From an uncultured SAR116 cluster alpha proteobacterium (lineage in GTDB: Bacteria; Pseudomonadota; Alphaproteobacteria; Puniceispirillales; Marisalimonadaceae): a stretch of 64,000 nucleotides of DNA. The DNA is taken from contig CACALC010000001.1 of NCBI GenBank assembly GCA_902533225.1, positions 44,233 through 108,232 on the forward strand, written 5' to 3'. Shown here in pieces: positions 33,681-41,969 of this stretch. The notes beneath the pieces were generated by a model. It did not search any database, had not been told where the DNA came from, and saw only the letters and a program-made list of their open reading frames with translations. How positions within the stretch are numbered: the first letter of the stretch is position 1; the number at the start of each line of letters is the position of its first letter. The position numbers and the translations under genes are program-made.

Positions 33681-34037
33681 ATTTGATTCATTGATAATAT
33701 GATTGGCCATATATATTAATTAAATAGAAAAGTTAAAATTTAGTCGTTTCAATAAAATAGATCCGTCGACTTATTTGTATAGACCTATACCATGCTTCAA
33801 TCTCACATAATGTTCAGCAATTTCAATGATATAATTATATGAAAACATCTGTCAATGTGCTCATTTTGTCTACCCTAAAATAACTGTTCTTAGTATAGGT
33901 AGATGTAAACATAGAAATTGTTATTAATACTATTTCTAAAAAGATACTTATATAATCATCACTTAAATGTACCTACCCATGCATGTGCTACAGGGGGTAT
34001 CTATGTTATATGTTCATAGGGTCTGCAGCAGATGGGG

Positions 34038-34691
34038 TTAATTGATTATTCCCATTACTTCAAAAGTCTTTTGAACATAGTCAACTAACTCAGCCTTCTT
34101 CTCAATTATTTCAATGTCATAATTAGTATTTTCTGCAAATTCAAAAAATTGTTTTTCGTCATCTTTATTGAATTTAAATCTAATTTTTTTAGCAATTTCT
34201 TTAATTCTTCTATTAACTAAACCATCTATTTTTTTTAGATCACTCTTACTTAAACTTTCTTCATTTTTAAAATTTTTAATAGCATCAAATAATCTTTCTT
34301 GATTAGTAATTTCATATTTTCTACTTGATTTGTAACCATCTACTTTATTTCCAAAATTATTATTTTTAACATAATTATTGTCTGACGAGCTTTTTTTATC
34401 GTCATAAGAGTATGATTGGTCATTAGATGTGTCTTTAACAGACGGTGTTTCTGCAGTTTTACTGATAGGCGTATTATCTTTGCTTGAGCTAGTAATACTC
34501 TCTACGCTTTTACTAACTGAAGCATTTGTTTTGGCATCAGCACTCTTATTATCTGATTTATCTGTCTTATTTACGGAAACACTAACATTAACTTTTCCAG
34601 AACTCTTACTGTAAGCAAACGCTTTGTTTTGAATAAGTAATGTAGAAAGTATGAGTAAAAAAATTTTAAATAAAGTTTTCATTATTTTCAA
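34038..34691 (-). CDS. Hypothetical secreted protein with a Ser/Lys/Asp low-complexity N-half
   Basis: Signal peptide ending AFA; 217-aa ORF. Confidence 0.7.
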   Translation of the reverse strand: MKIMKTLFKIFLLILSTLLIQNKAFAYSKSSGKVNVSVSVNKTDKSDNKSADAKTNASVSKSVESITSSSKDNTPISKTAETPSVKDTSNDQSYSYDDKKSSSDNNYVKNNNFGNKVDGYKSSRKYEITNQERLFDAIKNFKNEESLSKSDLKKIDGLVNRRIKEIAKKIRFKFNKDDEKQFFEFAENTNYDIEIIEKKAELVDYVQKTFEVMGIIN

Positions 34692-34819
34692 TTTTGTAAA
34701 TGTTTAATTGAGTATTGAAATATATATAATAAATCGGGTTGAATTTAAAAAAAAATCGTTCATTTGCATTCTATCTAATGTTTTTGCATATTAAATTTGC
34801 ATATTAACAGGTGACATAC

Positions 34820-35164
34820 ATGGTAAAACCTATAACTAGAGAAACTTTGTTCATGAATTGCATGGAACTAGACTTTGCAACAAAAGTTGAATTAGAACAT
34901 TGGATGGCAACTTTTGAAGAGAAAGTATGGACAGAAGATGTAATGAAAGAATTATCTAAAGCAGGATTAGTAAGAAGAACTGTTGCACAAGTCTGGAACA
35001 AACAAAATCACAGATTAACTAGCACATTTGAATATGAAAATGAGAATGCTTATAAAGCTTGTCAAAAGATCATTGAAGAAAAAGTAATGCCTAAAGCGCA
35101 AGCAAGTTATACAATAAAAGCTAGAAACAATAGAGGTGTAATTTTTTATGATTATAGAAGCTAA
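34820..35164 (+). CDS. Hypothetical protein, possibly a dimeric alpha+beta barrel fold
   Basis: 114-aa ORF with AGGTG Shine-Dalgarno; VWNK..HRL..FEY..AYKACQ pattern. Confidence 0.75.
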   Translation: MVKPITRETLFMNCMELDFATKVELEHWMATFEEKVWTEDVMKELSKAGLVRRTVAQVWNKQNHRLTSTFEYENENAYKACQKIIEEKVMPKAQASYTIKARNNRGVIFYDYRS

Positions 35165-35277
35165 TTTAAATTTTTAAATTCTATTTTAGAAAATAAACTA
35201 CTTTTACTAGCCTATTAAATTTTATTAATATTATATAGTGATATTGAATATTAATTTAAAAAGATTAAGTAATCATT

Positions 35278-35394
35278 GTGTCAATAATACAAAAAATCAT
35301 AGTTATACCAATATTAAGATCACAAGTCAGACTTTATGTTTTCTTTGGTATTCTTTTTGGTTTTTATCAATTTGTTTCATGGATTGAAAATTAG
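35278..35394 (+). CDS. Putative 38-aa small membrane protein
   Basis: GTG start; MSIIQKIIVIPILRSQVRLYVFFGILFGFYQFVSWIEN; the stop overlaps the Shine-Dalgarno of the next ORF. Confidence 0.5.
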   Translation: MSIIQKIIVIPILRSQVRLYVFFGILFGFYQFVSWIEN

Positions 35395-35403
35395 GAGATT
35401 AAA

Positions 35404-35556
35404 ATGTTTGGAATAGGAATAATTAAAGGAACTATTATAGGAATGGGTATAGGAGTAATGGCAGGCTTGGCTTTAAAAGAAGTTTGCAAGATGAAAAAGA
35501 AAAAAGATCAAGTTAGTAAAACTGAAAATGATATTGTTGATACAGAAAATAGTTAA
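35404..35556 (+). CDS. 50-aa glycine-zipper small membrane protein
   Basis: AGGAG Shine-Dalgarno; MFGIGIIKGTIIGMGIGVMAGLALKEVCKMKKKKDQVSKTENDIVDTENS. Confidence 0.75.
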   Translation: MFGIGIIKGTIIGMGIGVMAGLALKEVCKMKKKKDQVSKTENDIVDTENS

Positions 35557-35570
35557 TAAATCATTAAACA

Positions 35571-36119
35571 ATGGATTTAACAAAATACAAATGGAAATGT
35601 AGAGTACTTTTGTTAAGTACCACTTGTTATAGAGATAGTAACTACAAAAAATCAAAAGAACTTTATCAAAAACATATAAAAGAATTTCATAAAAGACATG
35701 TCAAATTAATGTCTTTTAGAAAAAAGGGCCTTAAGTTTTCTATCAAATTAATTGGTTACGATGGTACTTTAAAAAAAGAATATTTAACTTTAGAATCTCA
35801 TAACATTTTTGATCTTATAGATTCTATGCCAATGAGTAAGGAAAACTATGAGGGAAAGTTAAAACCTCTTAATCTATCTCTATATTCAGACTATAAGCCT
35901 GAGACAACTCTAAAAGGGCTTGGATTTAAGAATAAAGAAAAAGCAACTTATACTATAGATGCAATAAAAGACAGAGACAAAAAATATCAGGTAAATGTTG
36001 TATCCACTATGTTAGGTAGAGCAAAAAAACATCCAAACAAAACTGCTGATATGGACGAAGCGATATTAGTTTTTGAGAAATGGATGCTAGATCATAAAAA
36101 GAGCAAGTTTTTAGTATAA
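35571..36119 (+). CDS. DUF4174 domain fused to an uncharacterised C-terminal domain
   Basis: KYKWKCRVLLL, LIGYDGTLK and IFDLIDSMPM match the DUF4174 pattern; followed by LYSD..PETTLKGLGFK...RAK. Confidence 0.75.
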   Translation: MDLTKYKWKCRVLLLSTTCYRDSNYKKSKELYQKHIKEFHKRHVKLMSFRKKGLKFSIKLIGYDGTLKKEYLTLESHNIFDLIDSMPMSKENYEGKLKPLNLSLYSDYKPETTLKGLGFKNKEKATYTIDAIKDRDKKYQVNVVSTMLGRAKKHPNKTADMDEAILVFEKWMLDHKKSKFLV

Positions 36120-36251
36120 TTTAATTATTCTAATTTGGTATATTTTTGCAATATGGAAGGATCAGAATATATAACTTCTGTATCTCCACCTACAATAACT
36201 ACATCGACTGAGGATAAAGCTTGTATAAAACTACAAGTGGAACACATGAAT

Positions 36252-36326
36252 TGGAGCGGGCGAAGAGATTCGAACTCTCGACATTCTCGTTGGCAACGAG
36301 ATGCTCTACCACTGAGCTACGCCCGC
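36252..36326 (-). tRNA. tRNA-Gly (GCC)
   Basis: Reverse complement GCGGGCGTAGCTCAGTGGTAGAGCA...TTGCCAA...GTTCGAATC...CTCCA. Confidence 0.97.
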
Positions 36327-36390
36327 TTAATTTAAATGGAATATAGCATTATGATTGATAGTATCAAGAAAAATCAAAAATTAATTATTC

Positions 36391-37530
36391 TTAATTATTT
36401 TTAAAAGCTTCACGAATATTTTTTGAAATGTTGATAATGTCATCCTCGGTTAAATATGGATGCATAGGCAATGATAAAACGTTTCGTGCTAGGTAATTTG
36501 TATTCGCTAGTCCACTTTTAGATATTGGGAAGTTCTTGTAAGGTTCGTGTTCATTGAGTGGAATGGGGTAATATACCGTGGTTGGAATATTTTTTGATTT
36601 CAATTCTTCTTGCAACTTAGACCTATCAATGTTTTCAGGTAATGTTATAGTATATTGAGCCCAACTACTTAAAAAATTACTTTTAAGTAAAGGTAATTTT
36701 AAATTAAGGTCTAAATCTTTGAGACGTTTATGATAATTATTGGCAACTACCTGTCTTTTTTTTAACTCTGATGGAAAAATTTCAAGTTTTTCCAACAATA
36801 TTGCAGCTTGAATAGTTGATAAACGAGCATTCATACCAATTCTATCGTACTCATATCTTTTTTTACTCATTCCATGAGTATGAGAAGAATTAGCTATTTC
36901 GTATATTTCAGGATCATTTGTAAAAATGGCACCTCCATCACCGTAGCATCCAAGTGGTTTCGCCGGAAAAAATGATGTTGCAGTTACTTTGCAGAGGTTT
37001 CCAACATTATTTCCACAATACCTTCCTCCTAATGATTGAGCTGCATCGTCAAGAACCCATAAATCATTATTTTTAGCAAATTCATTAATTGGCTTCATAT
37101 CAGCTGGTTGTCCAAATAACCCTACAGACATTATACCTTTAACTTTTACTCCCATTTCTGTAGCTGTCTTAAGAGCATCAACTAGCTTACTTGGATCTAG
37201 ATTAAATGTATCTTGCTTTACATCCACAAATATTGGGATTGCTCCTAACAAAGGCATAACTTCTGCAGATGATGCAAATGTAAAGGCAGGTACTATGACG
37301 CCCTCGCCTGCTTTGAGTTTAAGTCCTAGAAGAGCTAATAATAACGCATCTGTCCCGCTCGAACAACACAATACATATTTTGCACCAGTGAAAATACTAA
37401 GCCTTTTTTCAAGCTCTTTAACTTCTGGTCCCAAAATATATTGTCCATGATCCAAAACTGTTTTTATACGTTGATCAATTTTATTACGAATAAGTTTTTG
37501 TTGAGCTTTCAAGTCAATAAATGGAATCAT
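36391..37530 (-). CDS. DegT/DnrJ/EryC1/StrS sugar aminotransferase (GnnB/WbpE-like)
   Basis: IPFIDL, SGTDAL, DAAQSLG, TSFFPAKPLGCYGDGG, LSLPMHP. Confidence 0.93.
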   Translation of the reverse strand: MIPFIDLKAQQKLIRNKIDQRIKTVLDHGQYILGPEVKELEKRLSIFTGAKYVLCCSSGTDALLLALLGLKLKAGEGVIVPAFTFASSAEVMPLLGAIPIFVDVKQDTFNLDPSKLVDALKTATEMGVKVKGIMSVGLFGQPADMKPINEFAKNNDLWVLDDAAQSLGGRYCGNNVGNLCKVTATSFFPAKPLGCYGDGGAIFTNDPEIYEIANSSHTHGMSKKRYEYDRIGMNARLSTIQAAILLEKLEIFPSELKKRQVVANNYHKRLKDLDLNLKLPLLKSNFLSSWAQYTITLPENIDRSKLQEELKSKNIPTTVYYPIPLNEHEPYKNFPISKSGLANTNYLARNVLSLPMHPYLTEDDIINISKNIREAFKNN

Positions 37531-37536
37531 GGTAAA

Positions 37537-38496
37537 CTAATTTCTATCTAAAGTTTCTTCTATTATTTGCATTACATTTTGTACATTAACTGCTTCTAGA
37601 TGATCTGTTAAAGGTTTTTTTCTAGATTGTATACAGTTAATAAATTCTTCTAACTCATTTCTAAGAGGTTCATTTTCTGTAAGGCTAATTTTTTCAATGG
37701 GCAGTAAATTAATAGAATTATCGGAGTTAATAGTTGATGGATTATAATGTAGTTTTTTTGACCAATCTTCAGTATCATCAAATATTAGAGAGCCTTTAGA
37801 ACCAATAACTGAAAACTTATGTTCTTTGTAAGGACACATCCAATCACAATTTAATAATGCTGTAGTACCTGTTTTGAAAGAGAGTTTAATACTAATTGCA
37901 TCTGGTCCAATGTTAGAATTATGATGAATGGAATGAGCATCTATCTTAACAGGTAATTCTTGCATAACAGCAAGTATCATAGAGACATCATGTACAGCTA
38001 AGTCATATATAACAGACTCATGAGAACGTATGGCGCCTAAAGCTAACCGGTGAGCACGTATATTTTTGGTTTCTCCGATTTTACCTTCTCTAATAAGATC
38101 CTTCATTTTGATAAAAGCGTTATGATAATTTAATAGATGTCCAGCCATTAAAACTTTATTTTTTTTTACAGCTAATTTTGAGAGAGTAATAGCGTCATTT
38201 AAAGATAAGCAAAATGGTTTTTCTATCAAAACATCTTTATTATTTTGTAAAGCCTCTTCGGCTATATCTCGATGCGATTTAGCTGATGACGCTATTACCA
38301 ATGCTTGTATATTTTCATTTTTAAAAATATCATTAATTGTATAGTCATCTAATTTAAAATCTTGATTAAGTTTTTTTGATAAATTTTGGTCTGAATCATA
38401 TATGCAAGCTAATGCCCCTATTTGATGCAAGTTTCTGGCTATATTTTTCCCCCAGCCACCACACCCGATTAGAGCAATATTCAGTTTTTTGGTCAT
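37537..38496 (-). CDS. Gfo/Idh/MocA oxidoreductase (GnnA/WbpB-like)
   Basis: IGCGGWG, IEKP, DLAVHD. Confidence 0.9.
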   Translation of the reverse strand: MTKKLNIALIGCGGWGKNIARNLHQIGALACIYDSDQNLSKKLNQDFKLDDYTINDIFKNENIQALVIASSAKSHRDIAEEALQNNKDVLIEKPFCLSLNDAITLSKLAVKKNKVLMAGHLLNYHNAFIKMKDLIREGKIGETKNIRAHRLALGAIRSHESVIYDLAVHDVSMILAVMQELPVKIDAHSIHHNSNIGPDAISIKLSFKTGTTALLNCDWMCPYKEHKFSVIGSKGSLIFDDTEDWSKKLHYNPSTINSDNSINLLPIEKISLTENEPLRNELEEFINCIQSRKKPLTDHLEAVNVQNVMQIIEETLDRN

Positions 38497-38653
38497 TTCA
38501 AAGTATCAATTTTATAATGATTTAAATATAACTATAATATTTTAAATATACAGACTTTCAAGATTGGTCAATTGTAGTATTTTGTAATATATTGTTGAAT
38601 AAACATTCCAGTACAACAATGTAAATATTTTATAAAAGGAAAGCGTTTAAATA

Positions 38654-39562
38654 ATGAATAATATTGACAATGACAGCATGATCTCAAAAACAAATATTAT
38701 TGATGTTAATACCGACACATTTATGACTGAAGTAATTGAAGCTTCAAAGGAAAAACCAATAATTGTAGATTTTTGGGCCCCTTGGTGTGAGCCATGTAAA
38801 CAACTGACTCCAATATTAGAAAATGCTGTAAAAGATCAAAGGGAAAAAATTACCTTAGCTAAAATTGATATAGATCAAAATCAAGATATTGCTGCTCAAT
38901 TAAGAATTCAATCAATACCTACAGTTTACACATTTTTTGAAGGTAAAGTGGCAGATGGGTTCCAAGGTGTTAAAAGTAATAGTGAAATATTAGAGTTTGT
39001 TAAGAAATCAGCAAGTTTATCAGGACCTGGTGAAGAAGTTGAAGCCTTGCTTTCAAGTTCTCAACAAAAAATTGAAGAAAGGAATTGGGCCGCGGCGTTA
39101 GACATTTCACAAAAAATATTACAAATAAATCCTGAAAACCAAATAGGTTTTGGAACTCTTATTAGATCAATGATAGGTCTTAACAAGTTCAACGAAGTGA
39201 AAGAAATAATTGACACATTGGCTGTTGAAATAAGAAACTCTAAACCTGTTTTAGATGCTTTATCTACACTAGATGCTTCTGAAAAAGCATTTAAAGCGAG
39301 AGAAAATATTCAGGCACTAAAAGAACATTTGAAAAATGATCCAGAGAATCTAGATTATTTATTAGATATGTCTATTGCATTGTTTGGTAACAATGAAATA
39401 GAAGCTTCTTTTGAAATGCTATTAAAATCAATTAAAATAAATAGAGAATGGAAAGATCAAGCAGCCAGAAAACAATTATTAGAATTTTTTAAATCAGCAG
39501 GTTTTGAGGCCGAAGAAACAATTAAAGCAAGAAGAAAACTTGCTACTTTATTATTTTCATAA
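38654..39562 (+). CDS. ybbN: Chaperedoxin, thioredoxin-TPR protein (CnoX/YbbN)
   Basis: DFWAPWCEPCK, IQSIP, AARKQLL, RRKLATLLFS. Confidence 0.92.
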   Translation: MNNIDNDSMISKTNIIDVNTDTFMTEVIEASKEKPIIVDFWAPWCEPCKQLTPILENAVKDQREKITLAKIDIDQNQDIAAQLRIQSIPTVYTFFEGKVADGFQGVKSNSEILEFVKKSASLSGPGEEVEALLSSSQQKIEERNWAAALDISQKILQINPENQIGFGTLIRSMIGLNKFNEVKEIIDTLAVEIRNSKPVLDALSTLDASEKAFKARENIQALKEHLKNDPENLDYLLDMSIALFGNNEIEASFEMLLKSIKINREWKDQAARKQLLEFFKSAGFEAEETIKARRKLATLLFS

Positions 39563-39581
39563 AAGTAAGTATAGGTAATAA

Positions 39582-40226
39582 ATGAATATAAATATCAATA
39601 TTAATAATAATTTCCCAGAGATTATACCAATATTTCCTCTTAAAGGCGTGGTAATGTTTCCAGATACTTATCTCCCATTAAATATTTTTGAACCGCGTTA
39701 TTTAGAAATGATAAACAAAGCTATTTCTTCAAAAAGTAGGTTAGTTGGAATGATACAACCAAACAATTCAAATCATGACAATTTTTGTAATGTTGGTTGT
39801 GCAGGCAAAATTGTAAAGTTTGAGGAAACCACAGATAAAAGGTATTTAATAACATTAAAAGGTCTAAGTAGATTTCAGTTAATATCTGAAAAAACTAACA
39901 GAAAAAATTTTAAAGAAGCTCAAGTTAAATGGGATAGATATAGGAAAGACTTACAAAAGAGAGACATAAAGGAAAAATTTATAAATCTTAAAGCATCTTT
40001 GAAAGAATATTTTAAGATTAAAAATATTAAACTTAACTTTGAAGTAATTGACAAATGTAATGACTATAACTTTGTTGATCAAATAACAATGATTTGTCCA
40101 CTTGCATTTGAAGAAAAACAATTGTTGCTGGAAACAATATCAATATCTAAGAGAGGTAATTTATTAAAATCAATTATAGAAAGTTATGTCAGTGAAGAAA
40201 ATATTTCAAAAGTGGTTAAACATTGA
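39582..40226 (+). CDS. Lon protease N-terminal substrate-binding domain protein
   Basis: IPIFPL, LPLNIFEPRY, GMIQP, EKQLLLE. Confidence 0.9.
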   Translation: MNINININNNFPEIIPIFPLKGVVMFPDTYLPLNIFEPRYLEMINKAISSKSRLVGMIQPNNSNHDNFCNVGCAGKIVKFEETTDKRYLITLKGLSRFQLISEKTNRKNFKEAQVKWDRYRKDLQKRDIKEKFINLKASLKEYFKIKNIKLNFEVIDKCNDYNFVDQITMICPLAFEEKQLLLETISISKRGNLLKSIIESYVSEENISKVVKH

Positions 40227-40331
40227 AGTTAAGGCTTACAGCTATGAGCATTAAAAATGAATTAACATCTAATTTCTAGTTATATAATTTTATTAAAACC
40301 AGATATATTGTTTAGAAAAAGGAAATCTAAT

Positions 40332-40658
40332 ATGGAAGTTTGGCCGGTTTCAATTGAAAAATTAGATAACGGAAAAAGTTTAAATATATCATTTGATGAC
40401 AAATCTGAGTTTAAAATTTCTGCTGAATTACTTAGAGTAGAGTGTCCTTCTGCAGATGTTCAAGGTCATGGAGGTCCTAAAATAATAGTAAAAAATAAAA
40501 AAAATGTATTAATAAATAAAATTGAAGAAGTTGGAAATTATGCAATAAGGATTATTTTTTCAGATGACCACAGTTCAGGCATTTTTAGTTGGGATTTATT
40601 ATATGATTTTGGGAAAAATCAAAAAAAATATATAAAGGATTATTATAATTCTTTATAA
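40332..40658 (+). CDS. DUF971 / gamma-butyrobetaine hydroxylase-like N-terminal domain protein
   Basis: AELLRVECPSADVQGHG, VGNYAIRI.FSDDHSSGIFSW. Confidence 0.9.
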   Translation: MEVWPVSIEKLDNGKSLNISFDDKSEFKISAELLRVECPSADVQGHGGPKIIVKNKKNVLINKIEEVGNYAIRIIFSDDHSSGIFSWDLLYDFGKNQKKYIKDYYNSL

Positions 40659-41873
40659 TTAGGCGGAAGCAATATTTCTAAATATGTTTTTTAGATTACT
40701 TTTATTTAATGTCTCCATGCCCTTTGTCAAAAATGACTTTGTCTTGTTTGAATTTGATGTAAATCCATAAAAAAGAAAATCTGTTACTGCAGTCATTGCA
40801 ATAGTTTTAGGTAACCTATCATTTTTATAAAAACTTAAAATAGAATAGTCTCCTAAATCTTGCCCAAACTCTAAATTAGTTTTTAATGATTTTATTACAG
40901 AAGTACAATCTCTTAAAGCTAAGTTGAGTCCTTGTCCCGCTAGAGGATGTATAGAATGTGCAGCATCACCAATTAATATTGTCCTATAAGCAGTTGGATT
41001 GACTATAAAGTTTAAATCTAGTTTCCAACTAGATAATTTATTATTAAATTGATTTACTTTTTTTAAAGGTTGAAATTTGAGATCAACATTAGAAAAAAAA
41101 CTATTTAAATGATCACATATATAATTTTCAGGCTTAGTCTTTGATAGAATTTGTTTATATTTATTTTCTTCAATACTTTGAACAAAATTAATAATATTCT
41201 TGTCTTGGAAAGGTAAAAGACCTATTGGACCTAGATTTGTAAAAGCTTGTATAGCAGTAGAGTTATGATTTTTCGACTGTTGTAAAAATCCGGAAACAGC
41301 TATGTGATTAACTTTTTTTTTCATTGTTTTGATAGATAATAATTTTCTTAAGTTAGAATTTTTACCATCTGCCGATAAAACCATGTGAGTTTTTATAAGG
41401 ACTTTATTATTTAAATAAAGAGTCCTCTCAAAGTCGTTATGGTGAGTATTAGTAACTAAACTCTCATATTGTTTTATATCATTTAATTGTTCAGTAACAG
41501 ATTTTAAGATTATATTGTTTTTAATAACGGCTCCAAAATTTAATTTTGAACCGGAATAATTCCACTCTAAAGGAGAAGAGTTATTCATTCCAAAAACCTG
41601 AATTTTATTTATAAATGTATAATCTTTTTCACTGAGATTTTTTAATAAACCTAAACTTTCAAGTAATTCTAAACTTTTTTTATTATAAAAAGTAGTTCGT
41701 ATATCATCAGAGGTTGCAATTTTAGGTTTAATCCATCCAATTTCATGTGATTTAAACAAATTAGAATTTTTAAGGAGTAAGCTCATAATAGCTCCAGTTA
41801 AACCTCCACCTACAACACAAATTTTATGAAAAAATTCTTGTGATGAATTTCTAGTAATTTCTGCTGATTTCAT
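40659..41873 (-). CDS. UbiH/UbiF/VisC family FAD-dependent ubiquinone hydroxylase
   Basis: VGGGLTG, ADGKNS, IGDAAHSIHPLAGQGLNLALRD. Confidence 0.92.
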   Translation of the reverse strand: MKSAEITRNSSQEFFHKICVVGGGLTGAIMSLLLKNSNLFKSHEIGWIKPKIATSDDIRTTFYNKKSLELLESLGLLKNLSEKDYTFINKIQVFGMNNSSPLEWNYSGSKLNFGAVIKNNIILKSVTEQLNDIKQYESLVTNTHHNDFERTLYLNNKVLIKTHMVLSADGKNSNLRKLLSIKTMKKKVNHIAVSGFLQQSKNHNSTAIQAFTNLGPIGLLPFQDKNIINFVQSIEENKYKQILSKTKPENYICDHLNSFFSNVDLKFQPLKKVNQFNNKLSSWKLDLNFIVNPTAYRTILIGDAAHSIHPLAGQGLNLALRDCTSVIKSLKTNLEFGQDLGDYSILSFYKNDRLPKTIAMTAVTDFLFYGFTSNSNKTKSFLTKGMETLNKSNLKNIFRNIASA

Positions 41874-41969
41874 GTTTTCTCTCTAATTTAATTATCATGT
41901 TTTAGTTTTAATATTTAATATTATAATATAAAAATTAAATTAATCTTATAAATATATTGAAGGTTTTAA

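Noticed and set aside
33681-36251. Intact prophage, integrative element or dif site
   Set aside because: No integrase, structural genes or att duplication; no convincing XerC/XerD arm pair
36135-36335. ORF-track 66-aa ORF ending WSGRRDSNSRHSRWQRDALPLSYAR
   Set aside because: Typical antisense translation of tRNA-Gly
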